From IMG/VR virus record IMGVR_UViG_3300015264_000002, positions 1,210 to 65,209 of that record: a stretch of DNA of 64,000 nt; one strand, given 5' to 3'. This DNA is from a virus. How positions within the stretch are numbered: position 1 is the stretch's first letter; every line of letters starts with the position of its first letter. Below, piece after piece: positions 9,848 to 20,162 of this stretch. Both the position numbers and the translations under genes were made by a program. The notes below the pieces were generated by a model. That model saw nothing but the letters and a program-made list of their open reading frames with translations, ran no database searches and had not been told where the DNA came from.

Positions 9848-10302
9848 GCCGCGCGGCGGTGTATGGGGCCTGGCAGACGCTGCTGGCGCAGGCGGCCGAC
9901 TTCAAGGTGGTCGAGCCGCGCGTCCGGCCGTGGACCAAGGTGGACGCGGTCGCGGAGATGCCGTACCTGGGCGCCACGATCGGGCTCGAGCGTCCGCAGT
10001 ACCTCGGGCGCAACAACCTGCCGGTGGCCTGGTCGCTGCAGCCGGTGGCGACCATCTACGTGGCGGTGCTCGACCCGCGGGCGGGCACAGCGCGCGACGC
10101 GCTGTGCGCCGTGCTCGACAAGCTCGAGCTGGTGCTGCGCCAGGGCGTCGGCGCCGGCAAGCAGCAGGACCTGGGGCTGGCCACGGTGCAGTGGGTCAAG
10201 ATCGACGGGGACATTATTACCGACGAGGGCAGTCTCAAGGACGGCCAGCTGGCTGCGGCCAGCGTGCCGTTTGAAATCAAGGTCTCGGGGAACGCGATCT
10301 AG
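9844..10302 (+). CDS. Tail terminator-like protein
   Basis: Size, position before tail tube gene, ATGA coupling. Confidence 0.7.
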   Translation: MSRAAVYGAWQTLLAQAADFKVVEPRVRPWTKVDAVAEMPYLGATIGLERPQYLGRNNLPVAWSLQPVATIYVAVLDPRAGTARDALCAVLDKLELVLRQGVGAGKQQDLGLATVQWVKIDGDIITDEGSLKDGQLAAASVPFEIKVSGNAI

Positions 10303-10380
10303 CAACTAAGCTCGGGCATTGCCGGGGCGTCATGGGGGCGCCCGGTTTAGCACACACAGCGGTGGGGAGGAGGCGGGAGG

Positions 10381-11145
10381 ATGCAACACTTTTTCGGGTC
10401 GGGCGCCATGATCGTGACGCCCACGCAGGTGGCCAACGCGACGCCGATCCGGCTCGCGGTCATGCAGGAGATCAGCACGGACTTCTCCTTCAACGTGAAG
10501 GAGCTGCACGGCCAGAAGTCGTTTGCGGTGGCGATCGGCCGCGGCTTCGGCAAGATCACGGGCACGGCCAAGTCGGCCAACCTGTCGGCGCGCGCGCTGG
10601 CGGGCATGATGTTCAACCCGACCACGGCGCCCAGCACCACGCAGGTGCGGCTGGCCGAGGACGAGACGGCGACGCCCGTCGGCGCCAGCTACACGGTGAT
10701 CCACACCACCGGCATGAAGGACCTGGGCGTGGTCAACAATGTCACCGGCATCCAGATGGACAAGGTGACCGTCACGCCGACCGCCGACACGCAGTACGAG
10801 GTCAACGAGGGGACCGGCACCTACACCTTCAATGCCGGGTTCGTCGACCAGGTGCAGGTGTCCTACACCTACACGTCGGTCATCGCGAGCGCGTCCACCT
10901 TCTCCATCGACAACCAGGTCATGGGGAGCGCGCCGTTCTTCAAGGCGGTGCTGGGCGGCCTGTACAACCAGGACCAGTCGGACGGCACGACGGCGCCGAA
11001 GCACTGGGCGCTGATCCTCAACCGGTGCCTGGGCAGCAAGTGGAATTTCCAGACCAAGCAGGAGGACTTCGTGGTGCCGCAGTTCGACTTCTCCTGCTTC
11101 GCGGACGTGTCGGGGATCATCGGCACGATCAGCTTCGAGGAGTAG
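10381..11145 (+). CDS. Major tail tube protein
   Basis: FGSG...P....QE+S.DFSF..KEL.GQ..FAVA+GRG.GK+TG.AK motif; strong RBS. Confidence 0.85.
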   Translation: MQHFFGSGAMIVTPTQVANATPIRLAVMQEISTDFSFNVKELHGQKSFAVAIGRGFGKITGTAKSANLSARALAGMMFNPTTAPSTTQVRLAEDETATPVGASYTVIHTTGMKDLGVVNNVTGIQMDKVTVTPTADTQYEVNEGTGTYTFNAGFVDQVQVSYTYTSVIASASTFSIDNQVMGSAPFFKAVLGGLYNQDQSDGTTAPKHWALILNRCLGSKWNFQTKQEDFVVPQFDFSCFADVSGIIGTISFEE

Positions 11146-11245
11146 TAGCGCGGCCGCGCAGGCTTAGCGCCGAGCGACACACAGGGACGCTGCACGAGCC
11201 GCAGCCCGGGGCGGAGGGAACGCCGGGCGGGGAGGAGCACACACC

Positions 11246-11599
11246 ATGCCCGCAACCGCAGCTGTCAAGATCACCGCCACCGTCACGGGGCTCCGCGACG
11301 GCGGCCAGCTCACCATCGGGCCGCTCACGCCGGCCGCCACGCCGGTGCTGTCGCGCACCGATCCGCTCGACCTGGCGAGCGGCAGCAACGCGATCACCCC
11401 GCCAGTGGGGGCCAAGGTCTGCATCTTCGTGCCGCCATCGGCCAACACGCAGACCATCACGCTCAAGGGCGTCACCGGCGACACCGGCGTGCCGCTCTCC
11501 AAGACGCAGCCGCAGTGCATCGCCCTCGACGGCAGCGGGGCGGCGTTCGATCTGACGACCGGCGGCACGATCGCGGGCTGCTGCATCCAGTTCCTCTAG
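11246..11599 (+). CDS. Small beta-rich virion/tail-associated protein
   Basis: RBS GGGGAGGAG; located in tail operon. Confidence 0.6.
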   Translation: MPATAAVKITATVTGLRDGGQLTIGPLTPAATPVLSRTDPLDLASGSNAITPPVGAKVCIFVPPSANTQTITLKGVTGDTGVPLSKTQPQCIALDGSGAAFDLTTGGTIAGCCIQFL

Positions 11600-11683
11600 G
11601 CCGTTCAACCCCGGCACGCCGCGGCGGCCCCAGCACCCGCCGCGGCGTGACCGCGTACCCGATCCACAGCAGAGGAGACCCCC

Positions 11684-12268
11684 ATGGACGCGATCCCATC
11701 CCCCGCGCCCACCGCGGCCCCGACCGCGACGCCGCCGGCTGTCAGCACGGCCGACGACGTCGCGGCCGCGGCGGCCGCCCAAGCGCCCGACGCCTGCCCG
11801 GCGTGCGAGGGCTGCCGGCGCAAGCTGGTCCGCCCCCGCTACGAGGGCCAGCGGATCCGCATGCGTGACGGCCTGACGTACACCTGCCCGCCGCTCACCA
11901 TGCGGGAGGTCCGGCAGAACCGCGAGCTGCTGCACAAGCTGACGGTGACCGAGCAGATGGTCAGCAAGACGCTGGCCGACCGCGGCGTGCAGGCGAGCGA
12001 CATTAGCGCGGCCGCCATGGACGACGAGTACGCGCAGGGCGTGTGCCAACTCGCCTGGGTGGCCTTCCGCCACAACTACCCCGACCTGACGTACGCGATC
12101 GTCGATCCGGCTACCGGCGCCGTCGAGGAGGTCCTGCGCGGCGTCGACGCGCTGCTGGGACTGGTCGACGCGCGCACGATCCGCCAGCTGGCCCACGCGA
12201 TATGGGCGCAGAGCGGGTACGGTGAGAACGGGGCGCCGCGGGGGGAAGCGGGGCGGGTCGGCGGGTGA
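11684..12268 (+). CDS. Tail assembly chaperone (gpG-like)
   Basis: Between tail tube and tape measure genes; overlaps a second ORF at a G6 run. Confidence 0.7.
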   Translation: MDAIPSPAPTAAPTATPPAVSTADDVAAAAAAQAPDACPACEGCRRKLVRPRYEGQRIRMRDGLTYTCPPLTMREVRQNRELLHKLTVTEQMVSKTLADRGVQASDISAAAMDDEYAQGVCQLAWVAFRHNYPDLTYAIVDPATGAVEEVLRGVDALLGLVDARTIRQLAHAIWAQSGYGENGAPRGEAGRVGG

Positions 12269-12587
12269 GGCGCTGACGTGGGACGACGTCTACGCAATCC
12301 TGTGCATCAACACCGGCTGGCCGCCGTCGGTTGTCGACGGGCTACGCTGGCCGGCGGTGCGCGCGCTCTTGAAGCAGTGGCGGCTGGCGCCGCCGCCGCA
12401 TGTCAGCCTGGCCGCGCTCACCAACTACAAGCCGCCCCCCGACCCGCAGCAGGCCGCCGTCCCGACGCTCCGCCGGTCCGACATTCTCGCCATGTTCGGT
12501 GGCACCAGCAGCGGCAAGGAGTTCCAGGTGACCACCCGCTGGGCCGACGACCCGGTGATCAAGGCGGCGTTTGCGCCGCCCGACTAA
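12240..12587 (+). CDS. Tail assembly chaperone frameshift extension (gpT-like)
   Basis: W.D.YA.L...TGW....VD.L.WP...AL..QW...PP motif; reached from the upstream frame by -2/+1 shift at GGGGGGAAG (12240-12248). Confidence 0.65.
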   Translation, partial: GGKRGGSAGEALTWDDVYAILCINTGWPPSVVDGLRWPAVRALLKQWRLAPPPHVSLAALTNYKPPPDPQQAAVPTLRRSDILAMFGGTSSGKEFQVTTRWADDPVIKAAFAPPD

Positions 12588-12626
12588 CTAACCAGCGCGC
12601 GGATAACTAGCCCCTAGGCACTACTT

Positions 12627-15600
12627 ATGGCCACCGGTGACGTTGCCGAGCTGAAAGTCCTGATCAGCGCCGAGCTCGGCCAGCTGCGGGCGATCATGCA
12701 GCAGGGCCGGTCGGAGGTGTCGGGCGCCAGCCAGGAGATGGCCCACGCGCTGCGCGGGCTGCAGTCCGAGTCGGCCGCCAGCATGCGCGGGCTGCAGGAC
12801 GAAGTGCGCGGGGGCGTCGCCGGCGTCACCGGCATCATGCGCACCCTGTACGGGTCGATCGGCGGCCTGTTCGCCGGCCTGGGGATCCGGGAGGCGCTGT
12901 CCGAGATCACCAGCGGCACGCAGGCGTTTGCCTTCGACGTCGAGGAGCTGGCGCGCCGGCTCGGCGTCACGACGGAGGAGGCCAGCGCCTGGATCGCGGC
13001 CGAGCGGCTGGCGGGCGTCGAGTCGGGCGCCATGGACCGCGTGCTGCAGGGCCTGCTGCGCACGATCGACACGAACAGCGCGGCGCTGACGCGCAACCAG
13101 GTGGCGTTCAAGGACGCCGCCGGCGCCGTCCTGCCCCTCGACCAGGTGCTGCTCAACGCCGTGACCCGCTACAACCAGCTGTCGGCCGGCGCGCAGCAGG
13201 GGCTCTTTGCCGTCGAGGTGTTCCACCGCGGCCTGGCGGGCATGACCGAGGTGCAGCGGCTGGCCGAGAACCTGGCGGCCGGCAAGCAGGCGGTCGAGGA
13301 CCTGGGGCTGTCGTTGACGGGCGACGGCGTCGTGTCGGCCCGTGCGTTCGAGTCCGAGATCGCGCTCGGGCGGCTCGCGCTCCTGGGCGCGGCCGAGGCC
13401 GCGTCGGCCGGGCTCAAGCCGGCGATCGCGGACCTGGTGGCCGACGTCGTCCGGCTCGCCAAAGAGGGCAAGCTGCGCGAGTGGGGCGAGGAGGCCGGGG
13501 TTGCGCTCCGCAACCTGGTCAATGCGATCGGCCAGCTGACGGCCTGGCTGACGACGCACGAGCATGCCGTCGGCCTGGTCGTGCAGGCGTATATCGCCTA
13601 CCGCGCGGCGCTGGTCGGCGTCGCGGCCGCCACCGCCAGCGTCGCGGCGTACACGGTGGTGAGCGAGGGCCTGGCGATCGTCGCCCGGTTGGCGCAGGCC
13701 GCCACGGCGGGGCTGTACGGCACGGTCAGCAGCGTGGAGGCGCTGACGTGGGCGCTGGGTGGCCTCGGCGCGGCCGAGGCGGTGGTCACGGGCGGCCTGT
13801 CGATCCTGCTGGGGATCCTGACGGGCGGCGCGGCGCTCTGGCTGACGCACAAGGCCGGCGCCGACCTGTTCCGGTCGGCACTCTCCCAGCTGGCGACGCA
13901 GGCGCAGCAGACGAGCGATCGGCTGCGCGACATTTACGTGCGCGCGGCCGACGCGGCGGTCGAGGCCGCGCGGGTGCACGGCACGTCCAGCCAGGAGTAT
14001 GTCGACGCGCTCGAGCGGCAGACGGCGGCGCACGCCAAGCTGGACGCCGCGCTCCGCGCACAGGTCGACGTCGCCAAGACCGAGTACGAGCGCGACAGCG
14101 CGGCCTTCGCGCTCGAGACGGCCAAGAAGGCCAGGGACCAGGCGTGGCTCGACGCCGGGATCAACGCCTTTTACGCGCTGCTGGGGATCGGCGCCCGGGA
14201 ATACGCGGCCGACAGCGACGCGTACGTGGCCGCCCGCACGCGCATGGTGGCGGCGCAGAAGGCGCTGCAGGACGCCGAGGACGACGTCAAGCGGAAGAAG
14301 ACGGCGGCCGAGCTGGTGGGCACGACCGGCACGGGCAGCGCCGTGCCCGATCCGACCAAGGCGGCACAGAAGGCGTACGACGAGCTGAAGGCGCTCGAGG
14401 AAAAGGACCTCGCCAACTTCCAGCACAACGAGGAGAAGCGGCTCGAGATCGTCCAGCTGTACACGGCGCAGATCATGGCCATCCGCGGCCTCGATCCCAA
14501 GGCGGCCAACGAGCAGTACAAGCTGCTGGCGGCGACGACGGAGCAGGCGGAGACGCAGCGCACGGCGCTGATCACTGCCGGCAGCCAGGCGACGCTGCGC
14601 GCGCGCACGGCCGAGATCGACGCCGAGATGGACCTGGTGAAGGAGCAGGCCAAGCACGACGAGATCGACCGCACGGACGAGCTGACGCAGCTGCAGACGC
14701 TGCTGGCCGAGAAATACACGCTGCGCCAGGCGGAGCTCGAGCGCGAGCTGGTCCTGCAGGCGGGCGGCGCGGAGCGGCTGGCGGCGCTGCGGGCCGCCCT
14801 CGCCCAGGTGACGCCGGGATCGGCCGAGGAAGCGCAGGTGATCCTCGACCTCAACGTGCGGAACCCCGACGCCTTCCAGAAGGTCCTGCAACAGCTACGC
14901 GACCTGGGGCCGGAGGCGGCCAAGGCGGCCGCGGCGCTCGAGCGCGAGATCGACCCCGTGGGCCACCACATGGAGCAGCAGGCCCAGGAGATCCGCGGCG
15001 CCTTCGACGCCGTGTTCGGCAGCCTCGACAGCGGCTTTAAGGGGGTCGTCCAGGGCATCCTGCAGGGCACGCAGACGGTCAGCGAGGCCATGCGGAAGCT
15101 GGAAAGCGACGTTGCTAGCCAGGGCATCAGCATGGCCGCGTCGTTCCTGCTGAAGGTGCTCGAGATGCAGGCGCTGCGCGTCGCCGCCGAGGTGACAGGC
15201 AACGCGGCGATCCTGGCGAGCGACAAGCTGACGGCCACCGACCGGATCGCCCTCGCCGTCGGTGACCAGGTGCTCGAGCTGACCGGGCTCAAGGCCACGC
15301 AGGCGGCGAAGGACGCGCTGCGCTTCCCCGAGCTCGCCAAGGACGCCGCGCTGTACAACGCCAAGGCCGCGGCCGCGGTGGCCGGCGAGGCGCGCGAGGT
15401 GGCGGCGACGACCGCCGGCGAGCACACCAAAACGGCGGTCACCACGGCGGGCGAGACGCTGCGATCGCGGGTCGCGCAGCAGGGCGTGCTCGGTGCCCTC
15501 GCCAGCTACGTGCTGGAGGAGCTGGGGTTCGTCAAGAAAGAGACGACCAAGACGGTGGTCAAGGCCACCAGCGACCAGCTGCAGGTCGCGTCGACGCAGG

Positions 15601-18600
15601 TCGCCGCCACGGAGAAGGGCGCGATCGAGGCGGCGGAGACGGAAAAGAGCCTGCTCCGCTCCGCGATCGACGCGGCGGGCAAGGCGTACAGCGCCCTGGC
15701 CGGCGTCTACATCATTGGCCCGATCCTGGGCGCGGCTGCCGCCGCGGCCACGTTCGCGGCCGTCCTCGCCCTCGGTGCCGGGATCGCCGCCGAGGGCGGC
15801 GCGACGAGTGTCGGCACCGCCGGCACGATCGGCGCCGGCGCCGGGCCGCAGGCCACCACGCTGGCGACGCCCGTGGCCGACATGATCCGCGGGCTGGACG
15901 ACGGCAGCCCCGCGGCGCCGTCGCTGGCCGCCGCGGGCGCGATCATGGAGGTGGGGCCGCAGGCCGGCGTGCACACCTTGCCGATTGGCGCCATGGTCGT
16001 GCCGGCCGCCCTGACAGGGCCCGTGCGCGCCCTGGCCCGCGGCGCTGCCGGCAGCACGCAGCGGGGACTGGCGGCCGGGGCGGGCGTCGCGGCGCTGCTG
16101 CACCCGGGCGAGATCGTGGTGGCGCCGGGGCCGGCGGCGATCCTGCGCGCGATCGCCAGCGGGGCCACGGGTGGTGCGACCCGCGCGGGCATGGCCGGCG
16201 CGCTCCGCGGTGCGCCGTCCTACGCGGCCGCGGGCGGCCTGACGGAGGTAGGGGGCCCCGGCACCGTCCGCGACGCCGGTGGCCGCCTGGCCGCCCTGGG
16301 GACGCCTGGGAGCCGCGCGCGCGCCGTGGCAGCACCTGGTCCCCTGGGTACGTCGCCGCGCACGGCCCTGGCCCCTGACGTGCCGATCACCGGTGCCGAC
16401 GCCACGGACGAGGCAAGTGCCTTGGCCCTTGGAATAGTCCAGCGGCAACCACCGGCCGCAGCAGGGGAATCGCCGGTCAGTGGACGACGCCCCGCGGGCG
16501 CGGGTGAAAGTAGGCCGGGCACGCCGGGCGCACGAGAGCTCGCACTCGCGACAACGCCAGGCGCGACGGACACCGCCGGGCCAGCCGCACTCGCCGCGGC
16601 AGGCGGCCTGACCGAGGTGGAGGCTGCCGGTGCACCGGCAGGTACGACGGCACCAACGCCTCGGCCGGCGGCGACGCTGGTCATACCGGCCGCGCAGGAG
16701 GCTGTTCGTGCGCCTGATTCGGTAACAGGGGCGGGGTCTCCGGTCACCGCCCGTCGACAGGCTGCGCCGGCCCTGGTCGTGCCGGCCGCCGCGATCCCCG
16801 GTGCTGGTGGCGGGCAGCGGGGGCTAGCTGCCGGTGCACCTGATGAGGGACTGGCAGCGCCGACGTCGACGACCCTGGCGACCCCCGTGGGTCGCGGCGT
16901 GCCGGGATACGCCGCGGCGGCCGGCCTGACGGACGCCGGCGGCAGCGACGCACTACCTGGGGGACGTTTGCCGGAGCGCCCGGGACTTTCACCCAATCTT
17001 GCCCAGGCGCCGGTGACGGGGGGCCGGCCTGGCAGCCGACAAGGTGGCGACCACGCAGGGGAAATGGCGGCCAGACAGGACGCCGGTATTTCGCCCATCA
17101 TATCCCTAGATGCCGGGTCGACCGCTGCACAGGCGGGCGCCGCGATCGCGGCGACGGCCGGTATAGACGACGTGGGGGCGGCCGGGGTGCCCGAGGGGAC
17201 GGCCGCGCCGACGTCGTCGACGCTAGCAACGCCGGTCGCGGACACGCGTCAGCCGGCCGCGTCGGGCATTGTGGTGCCAGCCGCCCTGGCCCGCAGGGCT
17301 ATTGGCAGCAGGCGGGACGTCGTGAACCGCGCGCGTGAGGGTACGCCTGGGGGTGCCCCCGACAGCGGGGCGACGACCACGGCGCCGGGCGGCGCTGCGA
17401 TCGCGGCCGCTGCCGGTACGACCGACGTGGGGGAGGCCGGTGCGCCTCGCAGGGCGGTTACGACGACGCCGGCCACGACGCTGGCAGCCCCGGTCGCGGA
17501 CGCGGATCGTCAGCCTGCGCCTGGCCTAGTCGTGCCGGTAGCCCCGGCCCACGGCGCGACCGGCGGCGCCAGGCAGGGCGGCGCGGACACTGCCGGCGCC
17601 GCGATCGCGGCCGCTGCGGGCATGACCGAGGTCGAGGAGGCCGGTGCGCCCGCAGGCACGGCGGCACCGACGCGGACCACGTTGGCGGTGCCGGTGGCCG
17701 ACACGATCCGACAGTGGGCCGCGTCGGGCATGGTGGTGCCGGCCCTGGCCGCCCCCGGCGCCGTGCGCGCCGTCGGGCCGCGGCCGCTGATCACGACCCT
17801 GGCGCCGGGCCAGATGGTCGTCCCCGCGGCGCTGGCACCGCTGGTCCACGTCCTGGCAACCGGCGCGACGGGCGGCAGCCGGCCGGCGGCGATCGCCACG
17901 GTGCCCGGGGCGGCCACGGCCGCCCCGCCGGCACCGGGTGGCCCCGGCCTGGTCGCAGCGGCGTCGCCTGCACCTCGCCAGGCTGCTGCGGGGGGCCTCA
18001 CCGCAACCGGTGCCGGCGTGCCGGCCCTGGTGCACCCGGGCGAGGTGATCGTCGACACGACCCCGGCCGAGGTGCTGCGGCAGGCAGCGACCGGTGCGAC
18101 AGGCGGTGCGACCCGACGCGGCATGGTCGGGCTGGTGACAGGTGCGGGCGTTGGTACGGAGCCGCCCCCCGAGGCTGTGCTGGTGGGGGATGGGAGGAGT
18201 GGGGGCGGCTCCCTACGAGCGCCTGCGGGGCCGCAGGTCAGCGCGTTCAGCGGCGCGGCGGCGATCACGGGCGAGATGATGATGCTGTCGGCGGCCGGCG
18301 GCCTGACCAGCGCGCCGGGCAGCATGACGGCGTCGACGGCCGGCGCAGCGCGCGTGTCGGCGGCCGGCGGCCTGACCACCGCTGCGGCCGGCGCCCTGCC
18401 GGCGCAGCGCCGGGATGCCCCGGCATCTACCAGCGGCGAGGCGCCGACGGTCGATGGCACAATCGGGCCCGCTGCTCAGTATGAGAAGACCACCACGCCG
18501 GCGGTGTCGGCCGCCGGCGGCCTGACGGCAGCCGCCGGTCCCATGACCGGCGGCATGGTGAGCGCGGCCGAGGGGCTGACCACCGCAGCGATCGTGCGCG

Positions 18601-19481
18601 GCGGCGGCCCTGGCAGTGGCACCGCGCCGGTCACCGGCGGCCCGACGGGTGCCGACCTGGGCGCCGCAGGTGGGGGCACGACGCCCGGCGGCAGTGCGGC
18701 GCTCGGCGGCGGCGGTCACCCGGGGCGCGACGCCGCAACGGTCGAGCACAAGGGTGCGGTCAAGCACGAGGTGGAGCATAAGGCGTCGGGCCTGACGCCG
18801 CCCAATATGTCGGTGACCGGCTTCGCCGGCGGTGGGGGCGGCAGCAAGGTCCAGCCGGTGAGCGTCGTCTCCGCCCCGGCCGTGGTGGGCACCACGGTAC
18901 GCGGCGGCACGGTCACGGCCAATATCACCACGCCCGTGCAGACGACGCCGGCCGGCAACGAGCCGTTGCCGGTGACCGACCAGGGCGGCGTCAAGCAGGT
19001 GCTGGTGCAGAACATCCCCCTGCGCGTTGCCTTCACCGCCACCCAGGTCATGGCCAGCGTCGCCACGTCGATCGCGCCCTTCGGGATCGGCGTCGTGATC
19101 GGCGCCGGCTTCGGCATGATCAACGCCGCGCGCGGCGGCGCCGACGTGCCCGCGGACATGCTGGCCCAGCTGCACGGCGGCGAGCTCGTGCTGCCCGCCG
19201 ACCTGTCGACCGGCTTCCGCGACCTGGTCCGCCACCCCGACGCGCGGCCCGCGGTCGTGCGGATCGAGGAGTCGCCGGCGACGACCGTCGCCCGGGCCGC
19301 CGCGGCGGCGCGCGCGCGCGAGGACGGGAGCGCCGGCGGCGACAAGTATTACGTGCAGGTCGACTACCGCACACACAGCGTGCCCGAGGAGGAGGCGTTC
19401 CTCGAGCGTCACAGCCGCTTCATGGGCAAGCTGCTTGCGCGCGAGCTGCGCCTGACCCAGGGCGGAACGCGGCGGGCGTAG
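12627..19481 (+). CDS. Tape measure protein with about 1100-aa low-complexity expansion
   Basis: Helical Ala-rich 2284-aa ORF after chaperones; C-terminal ARGG.DVP.DM.AQLH.GE.VLP motif. Confidence 0.9.
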   Translation: MATGDVAELKVLISAELGQLRAIMQQGRSEVSGASQEMAHALRGLQSESAASMRGLQDEVRGGVAGVTGIMRTLYGSIGGLFAGLGIREALSEITSGTQAFAFDVEELARRLGVTTEEASAWIAAERLAGVESGAMDRVLQGLLRTIDTNSAALTRNQVAFKDAAGAVLPLDQVLLNAVTRYNQLSAGAQQGLFAVEVFHRGLAGMTEVQRLAENLAAGKQAVEDLGLSLTGDGVVSARAFESEIALGRLALLGAAEAASAGLKPAIADLVADVVRLAKEGKLREWGEEAGVALRNLVNAIGQLTAWLTTHEHAVGLVVQAYIAYRAALVGVAAATASVAAYTVVSEGLAIVARLAQAATAGLYGTVSSVEALTWALGGLGAAEAVVTGGLSILLGILTGGAALWLTHKAGADLFRSALSQLATQAQQTSDRLRDIYVRAADAAVEAARVHGTSSQEYVDALERQTAAHAKLDAALRAQVDVAKTEYERDSAAFALETAKKARDQAWLDAGINAFYALLGIGAREYAADSDAYVAARTRMVAAQKALQDAEDDVKRKKTAAELVGTTGTGSAVPDPTKAAQKAYDELKALEEKDLANFQHNEEKRLEIVQLYTAQIMAIRGLDPKAANEQYKLLAATTEQAETQRTALITAGSQATLRARTAEIDAEMDLVKEQAKHDEIDRTDELTQLQTLLAEKYTLRQAELERELVLQAGGAERLAALRAALAQVTPGSAEEAQVILDLNVRNPDAFQKVLQQLRDLGPEAAKAAAALEREIDPVGHHMEQQAQEIRGAFDAVFGSLDSGFKGVVQGILQGTQTVSEAMRKLESDVASQGISMAASFLLKVLEMQALRVAAEVTGNAAILASDKLTATDRIALAVGDQVLELTGLKATQAAKDALRFPELAKDAALYNAKAAAAVAGEAREVAATTAGEHTKTAVTTAGETLRSRVAQQGVLGALASYVLEELGFVKKETTKTVVKATSDQLQVASTQVAATEKGAIEAAETEKSLLRSAIDAAGKAYSALAGVYIIGPILGAAAAAATFAAVLALGAGIAAEGGATSVGTAGTIGAGAGPQATTLATPVADMIRGLDDGSPAAPSLAAAGAIMEVGPQAGVHTLPIGAMVVPAALTGPVRALARGAAGSTQRGLAAGAGVAALLHPGEIVVAPGPAAILRAIASGATGGATRAGMAGALRGAPSYAAAGGLTEVGGPGTVRDAGGRLAALGTPGSRARAVAAPGPLGTSPRTALAPDVPITGADATDEASALALGIVQRQPPAAAGESPVSGRRPAGAGESRPGTPGARELALATTPGATDTAGPAALAAAGGLTEVEAAGAPAGTTAPTPRPAATLVIPAAQEAVRAPDSVTGAGSPVTARRQAAPALVVPAAAIPGAGGGQRGLAAGAPDEGLAAPTSTTLATPVGRGVPGYAAAAGLTDAGGSDALPGGRLPERPGLSPNLAQAPVTGGRPGSRQGGDHAGEMAARQDAGISPIISLDAGSTAAQAGAAIAATAGIDDVGAAGVPEGTAAPTSSTLATPVADTRQPAASGIVVPAALARRAIGSRRDVVNRAREGTPGGAPDSGATTTAPGGAAIAAAAGTTDVGEAGAPRRAVTTTPATTLAAPVADADRQPAPGLVVPVAPAHGATGGARQGGADTAGAAIAAAAGMTEVEEAGAPAGTAAPTRTTLAVPVADTIRQWAASGMVVPALAAPGAVRAVGPRPLITTLAPGQMVVPAALAPLVHVLATGATGGSRPAAIATVPGAATAAPPAPGGPGLVAAASPAPRQAAAGGLTATGAGVPALVHPGEVIVDTTPAEVLRQAATGATGGATRRGMVGLVTGAGVGTEPPPEAVLVGDGRSGGGSLRAPAGPQVSAFSGAAAITGEMMMLSAAGGLTSAPGSMTASTAGAARVSAAGGLTTAAAGALPAQRRDAPASTSGEAPTVDGTIGPAAQYEKTTTPAVSAAGGLTAAAGPMTGGMVSAAEGLTTAAIVRGGGPGSGTAPVTGGPTGADLGAAGGGTTPGGSAALGGGGHPGRDAATVEHKGAVKHEVEHKASGLTPPNMSVTGFAGGGGGSKVQPVSVVSAPAVVGTTVRGGTVTANITTPVQTTPAGNEPLPVTDQGGVKQVLVQNIPLRVAFTATQVMASVATSIAPFGIGVVIGAGFGMINAARGGADVPADMLAQLHGGELVLPADLSTGFRDLVRHPDARPAVVRIEESPATTVARAAAAARAREDGSAGGDKYYVQVDYRTHSVPEEEAFLERHSRFMGKLLARELRLTQGGTRRA

Positions 19482-19483
19482 CC

Positions 19484-20158
19484 ATGGCGATCAGCACCAC
19501 CCCCGTGTTCCCGATCACGGACGCCACGAGCCCCTGGCTGTGGCGCGGGATCGACTGGCAAATCGTCATGACGCCCGAGCACATGACGGAGCGGCAGCGC
19601 ACAGTGACGTCGCGCGAGGCGCGGACGGCCCGGTGGCCACACCCGCTGTGGCACTACAAGCTCAAGTGGACGGTCCTCGAGGACGACCCCAGCCAGCCGC
19701 GGAACGCGGCGCTGGCGTACCCGGCGGACGAGCTGCAGACGCTGGTCGATTTCATCCTGCTGGTGCGCGGCGGCTTCCGCCCCTTCTTCTTGAACGTGCC
19801 ACACGACCAGGCCGTACTGGCGCAGGTGATCATGTCCGCCACGCCGGCGGGCAACACCGACTACGAGATGCTGCGGGCGTTCAAGCCGGGCGGCGTCCCG
19901 ACGCCCGTCGGCGGCGTCAACGAGGATGCGCCGTTTGCCGTCCGCGTCAACGGGGCGACGGTGATCGCGCAGCTGAACACGCCGCTCGACGGCTGGATCC
20001 GGCTCGACCTGCCCCCGCCCGAGGGGAGCGTGCTCGACGCCGACTTCGGCTACTACCACAAGGTCACGCTGGCCAAGGACGTCGCGGACTTCGAGGCGAT
20101 CCAATACAACCTGTGGCAGCTGGCGACGGCCCTCGAGTTCGTCACCGCCCCGCCCTGA
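19484..20158 (+). CDS. Distal tail protein (DUF2460/GTA-like)
   Basis: P..MT.RQ..VT.RE.R...W..PLW...L.W..L...DF....RG....F...P.D pattern; follows tape measure gene. Confidence 0.75.
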   Translation: MAISTTPVFPITDATSPWLWRGIDWQIVMTPEHMTERQRTVTSREARTARWPHPLWHYKLKWTVLEDDPSQPRNAALAYPADELQTLVDFILLVRGGFRPFFLNVPHDQAVLAQVIMSATPAGNTDYEMLRAFKPGGVPTPVGGVNEDAPFAVRVNGATVIAQLNTPLDGWIRLDLPPPEGSVLDADFGYYHKVTLAKDVADFEAIQYNLWQLATALEFVTAPP

Positions 20159-20162
20159 TCGC

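Noticed and set aside
6574-11245. ACACAC words upstream of capsid, tail-tube and following genes
   Set aside because: Short, variable spacing; not distinguishable from chance without a statistical test
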